Assembly (NCBI RefSeq): GCF_036321535.1
Contig: NC_087437.1
Location: forward strand, 91,700,001-91,764,000
Origin: Camelus dromedarius
Taxonomy: Eukaryota
Reading direction: 5' to 3'
DNA: 64,000 bases
The position numbers and the translations under genes were made by a program. The notes under the pieces are model-generated. The model did no database searches, had not been told where the DNA came from, and worked only from the letters and a program-made list of their open reading frames with translations. Below are positions 38,131-50,560 of the stretch, piece by piece (the first letter of the stretch is position 1; each line of letters begins with the position of its first letter).

Positions 38131-38189
38131 AAATCATGTTTTTCCTAGATTTTTTTTCTTACACTGAATACTATATGTGTCTTCACACA

Positions 38190-39130
38190 TTATTTATTTC
38201 TTAAATATTTACTAAGCTTGTACTTTGAATCAGACACACGTTACCACAGCAGTGAATAGACAAAACATGTCTAACCTAATGGAATTTATATTATAGTAAA
38301 CAGAAGATAAATATCTAAAGAATTGAGTATTCATGAGTATGAAGAAAAATATAAAGCAGAGATAAGAGATATTATGTATGTAAAATAAATTAATTTATAT
38401 AAAACTCTTAAGTAAAAACCTGATAGCTCTCTTACTTCCTTTAACTCCAATGTAAGCCCTGAGATTAGAATTTGCCTGTCTGTATTTGATGAAGATCAAA
38501 GAGGCCGGTGGGGCAGGAACAAACACACCTAGAGAAAATGTAACAGAAGTTGAGGTCAGAAAGGTAACAAAAAGGACAGTACACAGAGGGCTTTATAAAC
38601 CCCAGAGTAAGTAATCAAGGATGAAATGGACATTTTTGGTCTCCACACCTAAAAAATTTTAAGTAGAATTCACTTTAATGATAATGGAGGAGACTGTGGA
38701 AGAAGTGAATTTTCTGTTAATTATCAAATGCTCAGTTTTAACGCATTAAGTACAATGCATCTACCTAGTTATATATATTGGTCTTAAATATGAGTTAGGG
38801 GTTTGCACTGAGTGATTTTCTAAGGCCTCAGTAAATATATGGCATTTAAAAACATTAAAATAGATGATACTCCCAAGGGAGCAAGTAAAGAAATAAAAGA
38901 TTTGTCTGAGTACAGAATCTTAGATTCCTCAAAAATTGAAGGATAGTAATGACTGGGAGGGGTCAATGAAAGGGAATGAGAGAGAGTACCAGAGTAGTAA
39001 GGGGAAAACTTGGCAAGTGTAGCTTCTCAGAATCAAAGAGACAAAGAATTTCAAGAAACAGGGATTGACTGGGACAACTGTTACAGTTTGTTGAAGTAAG
39101 ATGAAGACTGGGAAATGATGAATTTAATTC
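38190..39130 (-). mobile_element. L2 3' region
   Basis: 'taaatatttactaagcttgtactttg...cagcagtgaatagacaaaac', 'gaagttgaggtcagaaaggtaac', 'gtaagatgaagactgggaaatg'. Confidence 0.7.
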
Positions 39131-39332
39131 TACTATCATTTCCTACATAGCAAAATGATCTGTGGTCTTTGGCAAGGTTATGAAAAACATATGTCTGGTT
39201 GTGTGTGTGTGTGTGTTTCCTTCTAACTGCCATAAGTAATGTCTATATGTATTAATTCAATAGATCTGGCAAAAGTGATATTCTGGTTCTATAAATGTTT
39301 CACGTATTACTTGAGAAATGAAATAAACATAC

Positions 39333-39755
39333 TGATATGGACTGAAAGTTTACATTCCCTCAAAATTCATGTTAAAACCCTAATCTCCAACATGTTAGTA
39401 TTTGGAGATAAGGCATTTGGGAGATAACTAGGTCTTGAAGGTGAAGCCTTCATCATATAATTAGTACTTTTATAAGAAGATGCAAAACCTTGCCATCTTC
39501 TCTTCCTTTCTCTCTCTCCTTCTCTCTCCCTCCTGCCTGCCCGCACCCATCTCTCTCCCTCTCTCTACCTCCAGCTTTACTATGTAAGGATACAAAAAGA
39601 AGATACTTGCAAACCAGGAAGAGCACCCTTACCAAGGATGCAACCAGGCTGGCACCCTGGTTTAAGACTTCTAGCCTCCAGAACTATGAAAAATAAATGT
39701 TTGTTGTTTAAGCCACCTAATCTATGGTTATGTTACAGCAACCTGCACTAAAACA
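39333..39755 (+). mobile_element. MLT1A0-type solo LTR
   Basis: 'tgatatggactgaaagtttacattccctcaaaattcatgttaaaaccctaatc...agcctccagaactatgaaaaataaatgtttgttgtttaagccacc...ctaaaaca'. Confidence 0.92.
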
Positions 39756-39929
39756 AAAACACTTTTTCTCTTTACCTTATGATTATGTAGTTGTCTAGTT
39801 CATCTAGGAAAATCAACATAAATGCTTGATTCTTTCCTTTTTTGACCAATCTTTAAGATAAATAATTTGAATCCTATATACTTCTGACAGCAAACATGTC
39901 TTTTTTTCATAATATTTAGTGTTATAATA

Positions 39930-40500
39930 AACATTGATTTGAATTATTTCATGGGCTTCAATACACTACAATTATTATCACTATTGAAACATAATTTTTC
40001 CCATCTTTGGCTAGTGGTAGTTTCTTCAAGTTGGCTTCAAAGACCTTTCAACACAAACTGTACAGTTTTTCTGGATACCTTACATGAAAAGAAGTATCTT
40101 GTCTAGATTCATCCAAAAACCCTTTGTGGTAAATGGTATTAGAAGACCACAGTTGGCTACTTGGGTTCTCATTGTTCCATTGTTTTGTCATGTTTAGTAG
40201 ATACTGTTTAGAGGATAAAAGTACATGTGTGCATGTGTTTGAATTGGAATTATCATATATGTGTATGTATATATCATATATTCAATGTTTTATATTGATT
40301 ATTTTAATCAAATTCAAGAATACATTCTTACTTAAGTTTCTTTACTACATTTTTACCTCCTTTCTTCCACAGTGAGAATTATGGTGGTCAGGAACATTGG
40401 ATGTGATAGAATTCAAATACCCCAAATTTCTCATTCACTCTGTCCTGCTGTACTCACATAAGTCTCAGAATAACAATAGTACACTGTCACCAATATGACC
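39930..40500 (-). mobile_element. L1MC-type 3'UTR fragment
   Basis: 'cccatctttggctagtggtagtttcttcaagttggcttc', 'aaatggtattagaagaccacag'. Confidence 0.6.
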
Positions 40501-41884
40501 TCCACTTTATTGATATCAGCTTTGGCATCTGAGGGAAACTTTGGGAACTCAAAGAAGTATTAGAAGTAACTTGCATTTTCAATTCATATTCATATTTTAA
40601 AGCAGCACATTTAAAATCTAGATTAATGCATTTAATATCTCAAAAATCTTGGCATTTTAGATAGTAACCTAATAATTTTATATAAAATAGAAGTAATTGT
40701 TTTCTTAGGGAATTTTATTTATGTTGCTTATAGATAAAACATAAAGACTTGTCCTTAAATTGTTTGATTTTCAATCTTAGTAAAATTCCCTTAAACAGGT
40801 GGAACTAGATATACAGAATTTTATATTAATAGATTTCTTGTTAATACTATAGATATCTAGATGAGCAATCTTATATCCAAATAGCCTACCTACACAAATA
40901 CTTAACAACTCATACATTTCATAGGGAGATTTATTAAATCAAATAAATCTAATTAATTTATATATAGAAAGATTACAAAAATGTTCAGAGGTACTTTAGA
41001 AAACTTAAATTATCTCATATATCTCTACTTAAAATCCAAGTTTAAAATATACTATACTTTTTTCTTTTTTTTAATCCTACAAATTTCTATCTTAATTTAA
41101 TCAATGCCAACATTCCTAACTGTAGCCTCCATTCGGACTTCATCAGTAGGTTTCTGCTTTACAATACTAGGTGAGATAAGTAGTTCCCCAGCCAGACATA
41201 ATTTTCATTCCCAGAAAACATTCAGGTAACAATACAACTTTCATAATCCAATTAACTCTTACCCTTTTATGTTCTTTCAATTGAACTGTAGCCCAAGAAA
41301 GTATACTTTTTCAACTACAATCAAAATATGTATTTATTTTTCATATATCTAATATGCCAAATTCCCTTTAAAATTATAATCATTTTCATACTAAATATAT
41401 TCCTAATTTTAAAACAAAATTATAAATATTAACAGATTTAATTTTTATTCATCTGTTAATTATAAGTCATTATAAAGTTGGAAATGTAGATTTCCATTAG
41501 GGTAAAGACCAAAATTTGGTGACTTAAAGTTTGATTATCAAGTCAATAATTCATGACCACAAAATCTCAGGTAGGTTGAGGATTTGTATGTATCAGAATT
41601 TTAGACTGTAATTATCAGAATTTGAACTATGATCTATCCTGACTGGAAATACTGAGTAATTTTTGTAGTCATTATGGCAAAAACACATTTGTAGACTGTT
41701 AACAAAGTTAGTTTCATACCTGAGGTCTTCTGAGTTCTGGTTATAACTGTATACTATTCTCTCTTCTGATTTAAGTCAAAGGAAACCATTCATCCATCTA
41801 GATCGCAGCTAACTACTCTACTTATAACTTTAATACAATTCCTATCCCTTTTAGTAATCTTAAAAATATTTAGTATTTTTTCAT

Positions 41885-42425
41885 TGTTTTTTCTTTCTCA
41901 ACTTCAGTTTGGTATAATTTGCATTACTAAATGTGTATATATAAATGTGTGTACACACACACACACACACATATCTGTGGAACCACAGTTATCGTCCAGA
42001 TAAAAAAATGTTTCAACCATGCACAGATGTCCCCTCACGCCACTTCAGTCAGTTTCTTCCTCTAGGTCAGAGCCAGGCAACAACTGATCTGCTTTCTGTC
42101 ATTATATATGTTTAATTTTTTTAAATTATTTTCTGTAAGTCATATCACACAGAATATGTTCTTCTGTATTTGCATGTTTACAAAAGCTATCTCATAGAAT
42201 GTACCATTAGTTCATTCTTCTTGATCACTGTGTAGTGTCCCATTATATACATACAACACAAGGGAATTATCTATTTAAGTGATCATGGACACTTCAATTC
42301 TTTACAGTTTTGGTCTCTTATAAATAAGGTTCTTATGAATATTCATGTACACATCCTTATGTGGATATATATTTTCCTTTCTTTTGGGTAAATACATAGA
42401 AGTGAATTGTTGCATAGTAGGTGAT
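41885..42425 (-). mobile_element. L1MB/ME-type 3' end, containing a (CA)n at ~41953-41970
   Basis: 'ccaggcaacaactgatctgctttctgtcatt', 'gaatattcatgtacacatccttatgtggatatat...ttgggtaaatacatagaagtg'. Confidence 0.8.
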
Positions 42426-44194
42426 ACTTTGTTGCATAGTAAATGTCTCTTATACATTATGACTAAGATGACTAAGTGGTTACAAGTTATATAAATTGTG
42501 CTAATGATTCAGCTTCTTAGATGAGTAGCCCAGTATCTGTTATCATTGGGACAATATATGTTCTGCTTTTTGAGTGCTGCCAAAAAGTGACCTTTGCTGT
42601 CAGGTTACTTTTGTTTGACTAGTAAAACATACATACCTTCAAAAATAAATGGTTAGGCTTCCTTTAAAATGTTGGGGTTTGGGATGAAGCGTTTTACTTA
42701 TTTTTATATTCTGTAGCTTATGAAAACAAACCATAAAATATCTCAAAGTTTTTCATGTCAACTGCATAAAGCGTAACAGAAAATATGGTTTGATAAAAGT
42801 TATTAAATAGTGGTATGCCTAAATTTAAACTTCTATCGTGAAGTAAAATAAAGTCTGAATTACAATGTATCTGAAAATGGAAGCTTGCAGGTGTTTCCCT
42901 AAAGACAAAAATGACAGAAGAGTCAGTGGCCTGATAATTGCACCCCATGAAGATCAAAGACCTGAAAGATAAAAAGGGATCCTCTCACAGAGCCTAAACC
43001 GGTCCTTTAGGACAATGATTGACAAAATCATTCTTCACCTCAGACACATATTGGGAAGATAATGAGGTCACCAGAGAGGACAGGGCATGCTTCTTGGATT
43101 TTGTATAAAGGTTCCGAGAATAGAATTTTCTGGGAACACTTAATCCAAACCCTTACTTAAACTGTAGTGGCCGACCATGTCAATAATAAAGCACTTCTGG
43201 AATGAATATAGTTATTTTAAGATGTCTAAGCAAGTTATTTGTATACGAATAAGATCAAATATATTGCTAACTGAAAGTCCTTGTTTTGCTGTTGAGCCTT
43301 CATCCTCTGATGAAGAAACTGCCGTGTATCACTAAGAAATGAATCCAAGATAATGAGTTTAATGGGGTGAATGGATAGGGAATTGGATTGTTTTAAGTGG
43401 TGAGATGATGTGTGTGTGAAAGAACAGTGAACCAAATATTTTATGATGAGAAGCATGAAACAAAGCCATTAGTGCTTTCACCAAAACTTTCGAAATCTCC
43501 CCAGACACTTTAAGGATTAAACTACTCTGATCCTTGAAGTTGTGTGTGATGTGTTGACTTTCTTTGCACAGTACAACATGAGCATAAATAATGTACATTA
43601 TTTCCAGGCAGAAGTTAGAATAGGCAGCTTGTGATTTGTACCATTTAGAATGGAGATTGTAGAAGGCTTTTACTTCCCATTGAAATACTGAGAAAAAGAA
43701 AATCACAGCAGGTCAGCCTGCTACCAACCAATTTAACATCAAATTATAGCAGTATGGTGTGAAATCCAGAAGCCCTCTGAGGCGGCATTTAAAGACAACT
43801 TCAACTCCTGGAGGGCACGGTGTGCTAAAACATTAGCATAAGATCTGATTATAAGAATAGTGAAATTCACACCCTGGCCAAGTCTTTGGGGGAAAAAAAA
43901 AGGCGGTATTCTATTAGAGAAGAAGTAAAATTCTCAAATACAGCATGCAGACATTTAGGTAGATGCTCCTGAAAACTCCTAACATGCAGATCACCTGTAC
44001 TGTCTGGGCTGGAAGAGGTGCCTACATCCCTCTTGTTGTAGGTGAATAGATACTCTTGTAAATCATGAAAATAACTCACTTGAGGAAGATACCATTAAAA
44101 TTATCACTTGCCTCCTCCACACCTGCACCCACTTTCTCTCATTGCTTTCACTCAGGCAATTCATAAAGTAGACCAGCAACATCAGATTTATGTG

Positions 44195-44314
44195 GACATA
44201 TACTGGAAGTGGGGCCCGTTCCAAAGCTAATGATGGGGGAAGGACCATCAATGTATATTTTCATAAGCCTTCCGGGTCTTTTTGTTGCATGACACAGTTT
44301 GAGAAACTGTTCTA
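44195..44314. mobile_element. MER5-like hAT MITE fragment
   Basis: 'gtggggccc...tattttcataagccttccgggt...acacagtttgagaaactgttcta'. Confidence 0.5.
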
Positions 44315-44344
44315 AATAGAGTTGTATTTTCCTTGTTTTGGTGG

Positions 44345-45990
44345 GGAAGGCAGTATCCCTTAAAGAATATTCAGGACCTGGCTAATATGGCCTGGCAGCA
44401 AATGGGAGAAATGCCTGGGAGTGAATCTTTATGGTGCTGAACTGAAATTGGGGTACAGAATATAAAGCTGGATAGGAGAGAGTTTTTGATCTGAGAACCC
44501 CTGAAATGAGTCCTAATATACTGAAATTGTCCCTAACAACTTGAAAAACTAGCTTATAGTAAACGAAATATAGAAAATTTTGGACCTGTCTTTAAAAAAA
44601 ACAAACAAACAAACAAACAAAAAAACCTAAGGGAAGGTCTAAATATACATGTAACAGACAGTTTTTAGATAAAACTGGATAATCTACTACCTATTTTCCA
44701 CAGGTGAGATCTGTCAAAAAGTACCAGAGTGGATGTTAGTTAAAGCACCAAAGACAGATTTTATTTAGTAATTATTGTAATAGAGGGAAGAGATTTCAGG
44801 GCAGCATTGAGCTCAAATACAGCGAAGACTGCTGGGGGTTTATAGCCAAGGAGCAGGGTAATGGCATTAATGGATGGAAAATCACTAAGAGAAGACAGAA
44901 GAGTAGGAGGATTTGTATTAAACGAGCTTAATAGGATTCTTTCTGAAAAAGAGTCCAAGGTGATCATATAGCAAGAGTGAGGGAATGACTAACAGGATTC
45001 TTTCTAAGACTGGTCTGGGCAGGTCAAAGATAGGACAGAGGCTGAGGTTGAGATCTAGTAGAGAATAGAGCTCAGAGAAATTTGAATCAAGTTTGTTCAG
45101 GGAGAAAGTCTTTGTTACTCTAGAGGATCTCCTTTACCTGAGTGATAAAGAATTTAAAGGTAGCTGTCTCTTATAGATTAGGTTGATGGAACTGGGAATG
45201 CAATCATGGAGTTGGACTCTTTCTGGCAATGGAATGGCAGGATTCTATAATTACAGTGGTCATATGGTGGCACTGAACTCTTAGATGCAAGACAGAAATA
45301 ATTATCATACTAGGCAGCAAGACTAGAAGAGCAATCAAGAGAGATCTGTAGTGATGGTTAATATGTCATAGTACACCAAGGGATGAAATAAATATTCGAC
45401 ATTAAGAACATTTCTTGCCTTCTATAACTTAAAAAAGATTCAAAACCAGCACTCTGGTATAGACTGATACAAGTTACTACAAGGGGAAAAAACGACTCAC
45501 TCAGTTTCCAAACACGAGCCAGTTCTTAGCCACTGGCTTTCACTGTGATATTATTGATCCAAAAAATATGTCTTCTTTAATCTTCATCAGAGATGAGCAT
45601 CAGAAGCAGCTCTCATGAATTTGGATGGACAGCAGTATACACAATTTTGCCAGGACTTTATTATCCCCTGATTTCTATCATAATATAGCATGAAGGAACA
45701 TTTATTGTCTGGAAATCCTGAAGAACCTCATGCTAAGTCATTATACTGATTATATCATATTGAGCAGACCTAAAAAACAGTGAGTTTAATGTCCTCTCGC
45801 TGGATGCCATGATTAGACATAGAGATATCACAGGGTGAGAGAAACATCTGACAAATACTCAGGGGCTTACTACAATGGTACAATTTACAGGAGTCAGTTG
45901 TAATGCATTATACTGAAATATCCTTCCTAAGGTAAAAGAAAAAGTATTGCATCTTGACCTATCACTATGAAAGAAGCAGTGCAATTGGTA
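44345..45990 (+). mobile_element. ERVL-class internal relic (HERV16/ERV3-16A3-like): gag 44345-45530 (interrupted by MER31) and pol RT 45560-45990
   Basis: Decayed gag peptides QDLANM (44372), NIKLDR (44459), RDL**WLI, LTQFPNTSQF. RT peptides QKQ...DGQQYT (45601-45641), HYTDYI in place of HYIDDI (45739), IPSKVK-like 'atccttcctaaggtaaaagaaaaa'. Many stops and frameshifts. Confidence 0.85.
44712..45117 (-). mobile_element. MER31-like ERV1 solo LTR inserted in the ERVL gag
   Basis: The reverse complement begins 'taacaaagactttctccctgaacaaacttgattcaaatttctctgagctctattctctactagatctcaacctc', like the MER31 5' end (TGACAAAGACTCTCTCCTTGACCAAACTT). Confidence 0.85.
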
Positions 45991-45999
45991 TGCTTTCTT

Positions 46000-46362
46000 C
46001 CACTTGCTCAGGGTTTGTGTGGGCCAAGCAGGAATTACCAGAGAGTTAATGTTCACAGAAACAGCTCTCAACAAATGACAAATATTGATTTGGTTGATAA
46101 ATATCCCAGTTTCCTTGCCTTTTTGGTGGAACAACTCAAAGCAGGTTCTATTCTCTTTCCCCACAACTGTACAGTGGAATTAAGCTTTATTTTCCCATAT
46201 TGGTAACTTGCTTGATTTATTCCTTTTGGACTTTCCTTCCCCATTCACCCATCTTACTTCCCCAACTGCCCATCAGTGTTTCCTAGGATTACAACCCAAG
46301 TAAATTGCTTGTACTCTGATCTTTGTTTCAGCGACTGCTTTTGTGGAATCCTGTATTAGACA
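46000..46362 (+). mobile_element. LTR16-type ERVL LTR (3' LTR of the relic)
   Basis: 'ccagagagttaatgttcacagaaacagctctcaacaaatgac...gataaatatcccagtttcctt...cccaagtaaattgcttgtactc...ctgcttttgtggaatcc...tagaca'. Confidence 0.85.
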
Positions 46363-47074
46363 AACTTTAGCACAGAATTTTACCCCAGAATGTAGGAAAA
46401 AAAATAGCTATATAGGGACACTAGAATTTTTAGCATTGCCTTTAGTAAAATTTGTAAAGGAACTTTGCTAAAGTTGTATTGATCAATTGCTGGCATCCCT
46501 TCTCCACCCCTACCTGAAAGCTAGATACAATTTAAATCTCCTTGCATCCTTTCTTACTGTGTCTCTCTTAGATCTCCTATTATTTCCTTTTGTACTTATA
46601 TCCATCTTCTGCCTGATAATACACTTCCTGAAGACAAGGACACTTTTGTTATTGTCTTTATATATGTATATTACTTAGAACAATGTCTTACACATTCTGG
46701 GGCTCTGTCGATTGGTTAAATTAAAATAAATACCTTGATTTTAATGTTTGTATATCAATAGTGCTAACAAATATATTTAATATTTTTTCCAAAAGTCATC
46801 TCTTATTTTTATGAACATGTAATGGGAAGAAAGCAATTAGTTTACAAATGACCCTATGATTGTTTCCATGTCCAGTGCTTAGAAAAGTGATCTTGCTTTA
46901 GATAAAAGCAAAGAAAGGACACAGTTAATATGAAAAGATGATGACTCTGACCAAGCATTTGGAAATTGGGAGCATGACATAGTGTTGGGTCATGGATATG
47001 ACCAAATCTGGAATGTTGGGAGTGTTTTGGAGACATACTAAAAATAAAAATATAGAGACAGGGTTATTATAATC

Positions 47075-47235
47075 AATTAGAATATAGAATTTGAACTAAA
47101 ATTGCCTGATCCTGTCATTTACTTTCTGGAGGCCATGAACAAGCCACTTAGCATTTCTAAGCTCAATTTCTTTATTTGCAATGATGATAATAATGATAAC
47201 TACTTGAGGTAATTTTTAGGAATAAAATAAATCAT
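47075..47235 (+). mobile_element. MIR SINE
   Basis: 'catgaacaagccacttagcatttctaagctcaatttctttatttgcaatgatgataataatgataactac' is the MIR core. Confidence 0.75.
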
Positions 47236-47959
47236 TTAAGTTATTGGAAAAGAACAATTTAGGTCAAGATTTGGGAAATAAATTTTAATTATTTTAATTT
47301 AGAATTCGGTAATCACTTAAATTATTTCATGTCCTTTTCAAAATTGTTCAGAATTCGCTGTGATAGGCTCTTAATTATTTTTTATTATTATGTGAATATT
47401 CTTCTAACAGAAGTTACTACCACTAAAGGAGACCTTTCCCCTATGTATTTCTGTCTTACTTATAAGCCTGATAGGTAAATTTTATAATGAATAACCATTA
47501 CATTAAACCTTAAATCATTACATTATTTATAATTTATATTATATGACATTTTATTGATATAATTGTAAGATAGTATTTTTTAAATAATTGTAATATCTAA
47601 AGCAAATGTTATATATTTTGGCGGTCTGTTTTTTCCCCAATGCCTTTATTCCCTTCCTATTTTTTCTTTTATACATTTAAATATATTTGAAGTTATAACT
47701 GTGTTCTTAACTGAGCAAAACTGAAAAATACAATGCTTTTACAATATGTATGTGATGTCAAGAATAAATTAATGGTACCTTTGGTAGTAATTTGGTAGAC
47801 AAAATTTGCCTCTTAGAACCTTAAAGAGATAAAGGACACTTATTAAACATAATAAGTCTTAAGTTTAAATTTGAATTATCACTCCTTTCTTGTTCCACCT
47901 GAATGTTATATTTTAGAAATACGGCATAACATACATGTAGAAAATGCAGATTTTTAAAA

Positions 47960-48300
47960 AATTATTCTATAAACAACTTAATAAATTTACACATAGTCAT
48001 AATTGCTAAAAATTAAGAACAATAAAACGTTCATTAACACTAAAATAGATAAAATGTGTTATGTTTATATGGACTCCTTAATAATAGTAATACTGAAGTA
48101 CTAGAAGCTTAAAAACCCAGACTAAGATGGATAAAAGTATAAGTGGAAAAAACACATCAAATACTACATAATGTATGATTTTGTTTATTGATGAAGTTCA
48201 AGTTCAGGTAAAATTTTTTTTATGTTCATAAAAATCAGAATAGCTGTTAGCTTTACATAGGGATAATTAACTGGAAAGTGGCATGATAACTTCATATTAT
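47960..48300 (+). mobile_element. Old L1 (L1ME-like) 3' end fragment
   Basis: 'aatactacataatgtatgattttgtttattgatgaagttcaagttcaggtaaaa...aaatcagaatagctgttagc'. Confidence 0.6.
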
Positions 48301-49099
48301 ATGAATAGAACTATTTATAGTGCAATTCTATAGCTAATTAGATAATTCTTATTTAAATACATATCCTCCAATATGGATCTCAATACACATATTTGCAATG
48401 GTTATCTTTGTATCAATTAATTTTATATACAAAATAAAAAATTTCAATAGATGTTTTTAAAAACATGGCCAAATCATAAATTATTGCAGTCTTATTTGTA
48501 AAATTGGGTATCTTTATTCCTAGGTTTACTAATAATACTAGAAAATTACACTGTTGATTCTAAAAATATATCAAAATGTTTGTTGTATCCCATTTTATTG
48601 ACAGAATTTTAGATTACATGTCTTAGTGGAAATGAATGAATAACTCTGCTTAGAGGAGGTAAAGGCGTTTTTACTATTTTCCCAAATTCTATTTCTAGAA
48701 TCATAGGGCTGTGATTATTCAGAGAAGTTAAGATATACTGTCTTAGTTTTAAAGCCAACCAGGGGGCTAGAGACAGCTGAAAGTAACAGCACAATTCACA
48801 AACAAATGCTTGTGAAATTCAGAGAAAAATAGAATACAGATAAGATTTTGTAGGACATAAGTTTGGTTCAGTGTTGAAAAGGCATGAAAAATATTTCAGG
48901 TAGTTCAATCAATATGAACAAAAACACAGAAGCAAAAATTCTAATGACATTAATAGATCTTCTTAACTAGCTTAGTTACAGTTGCAGATTAGGTTATGCA
49001 CATTATTAGACCCTCATATTTTCATTCAAAATACTCCTTCAGTCTAAAATTCCAAACAACACATGCATGCTTGTACAAGATACTGTGTTTTTGGCAGGT

Positions 49100-50560
49100 G
49101 ACAATGCAAATTAATATAAGAATATAAATCAAAGTATGATATATTCAGAAATAATAAATCAAGAAAACAGTCAGCTGCAAGATAAATATATAAAATAAGG
49201 ATTTGCTTATTATATATCAGCAATAAATCACTTATAAAATGAAACAGAATAATTCATTCATATAAGCAACTAACATAAAATTTAAAATTCTCAACTGCCT
49301 ACAAATAAAGTTCATAAGAACTAACAAAAACACTGGCAGAGTGATATTTAGATGAAAAATAAAGAGTCATACATGGGAGTAGCATATGTAAGAGGAAAAG
49401 ATAATATTGTAAAAATATCCTTTTCCCAAAATATCCTAAAAAAGGGAATACAAAATATATTAAATAAATAAATGAGAATTTTTTAAAAACATCCACAAGC
49501 TGAAAAATATCCTATTTTAAATAAAAAAAAAATGAGATTGGTTTTCAAGCATATTGAAATATGTTATAAAGTTACAGCAGTTAAAAATGTGATGTGGTCC
49601 TTGTAAGACAGAGACTGAAGAATAAAAATAAGTGAGCATAACTAAATGCATAGATTACATACAGGGATTCAGTATATAATATAGGCAGCATTTCTAATGA
49701 ATAGCTAATGGATAGGCAATGTATAAGGATAAAATACTTTATAATTTATTTGGAGCAAGAAAAAATCAAACTAAATTCCAAAATCATATATAAAAATAAA
49801 TTTCAGATTCAGGTTGATTAAAATATAGGAAATATAGACATTATAGAAGAAAACAAAAGACAATTTTATATTATTTAAATAAAAATGCCTTCCTAAACAT
49901 AAAAAACAAGAGCCTATCAAGAAAAAGTGTATATGAATACATAATAACTAATAAAATTTTCCAATTATTGCCAATAATTGTACTTCATAGACTTTTTGAT
50001 GATAGCCATTCTGACAAGTATGAGGTGATATGTCATTGTTTTGATTTGCATTTCTCCAGTAATTGATGATGTTGAGAATTTTTTCATGTGCCTATTAGCC
50101 ATTTTTATGTCTTCTTTGGAAAAATGACTATTCAAGTCTTCTGCCCATTTTTTGATTGGGTTGCTTTTGTTTTTCCATATTGAATTATGTGAGCTGGTTG
50201 TATATTTTCCTGGTCATGTCATTTGTAGATATTTTCTACCATTCAATAGCAGAAACTGAAAACTGGAAATAATCTTTCAGTAATTTGGGCATTATTAAAG
50301 ATGATTCAGCATTACAGTGTTCTGTGGAATACTATACACTGTGACAAACTGTGAGGGGAAATCGATAGAAAAATACAATGAGAGTGATAAAAGGAGAGGG
50401 AAATTTCTGATACATTTTGTTAAATATATTGTGAAAAATAGCAAGTCACAAATATAAAATATAGACTATGATCCTATTTACATAAAAAGCAACATATTTA
50501 CTCTGTTTATGTAAAATACTCAGAAAGAAGATTATGTATATATTGTAGGCACTCTACTGG
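49100..50560 (+). mobile_element. Very old L1 ORF2/3' relic (L1ME/L1M5-like), interrupted at 49975-50248
   Basis: 'atgttataaagttacagcagttaaaaatgtgatgtgg', 'aaaaataaatttcagat', 'gactatgatcctatttacataaaaa'. Confidence 0.6.
49975..50248 (-). mobile_element. Internal fragment of a less-diverged L1 ORF2, inverted relative to its host
   Basis: 'gatagccattctgacaagtatgaggtgatatgtcattgttttgatttgcatttctcc...gtcttctgcccattttttgattgggttg'. No 3'UTR or poly(A). Confidence 0.85.

Noticed and set aside
42407..42440. 13-bp direct repeat TTGTTGCATAGTA at the truncation point of an L1
   Set aside because: Most likely a small local duplication. It does not flank the element, so it is not a TSD.
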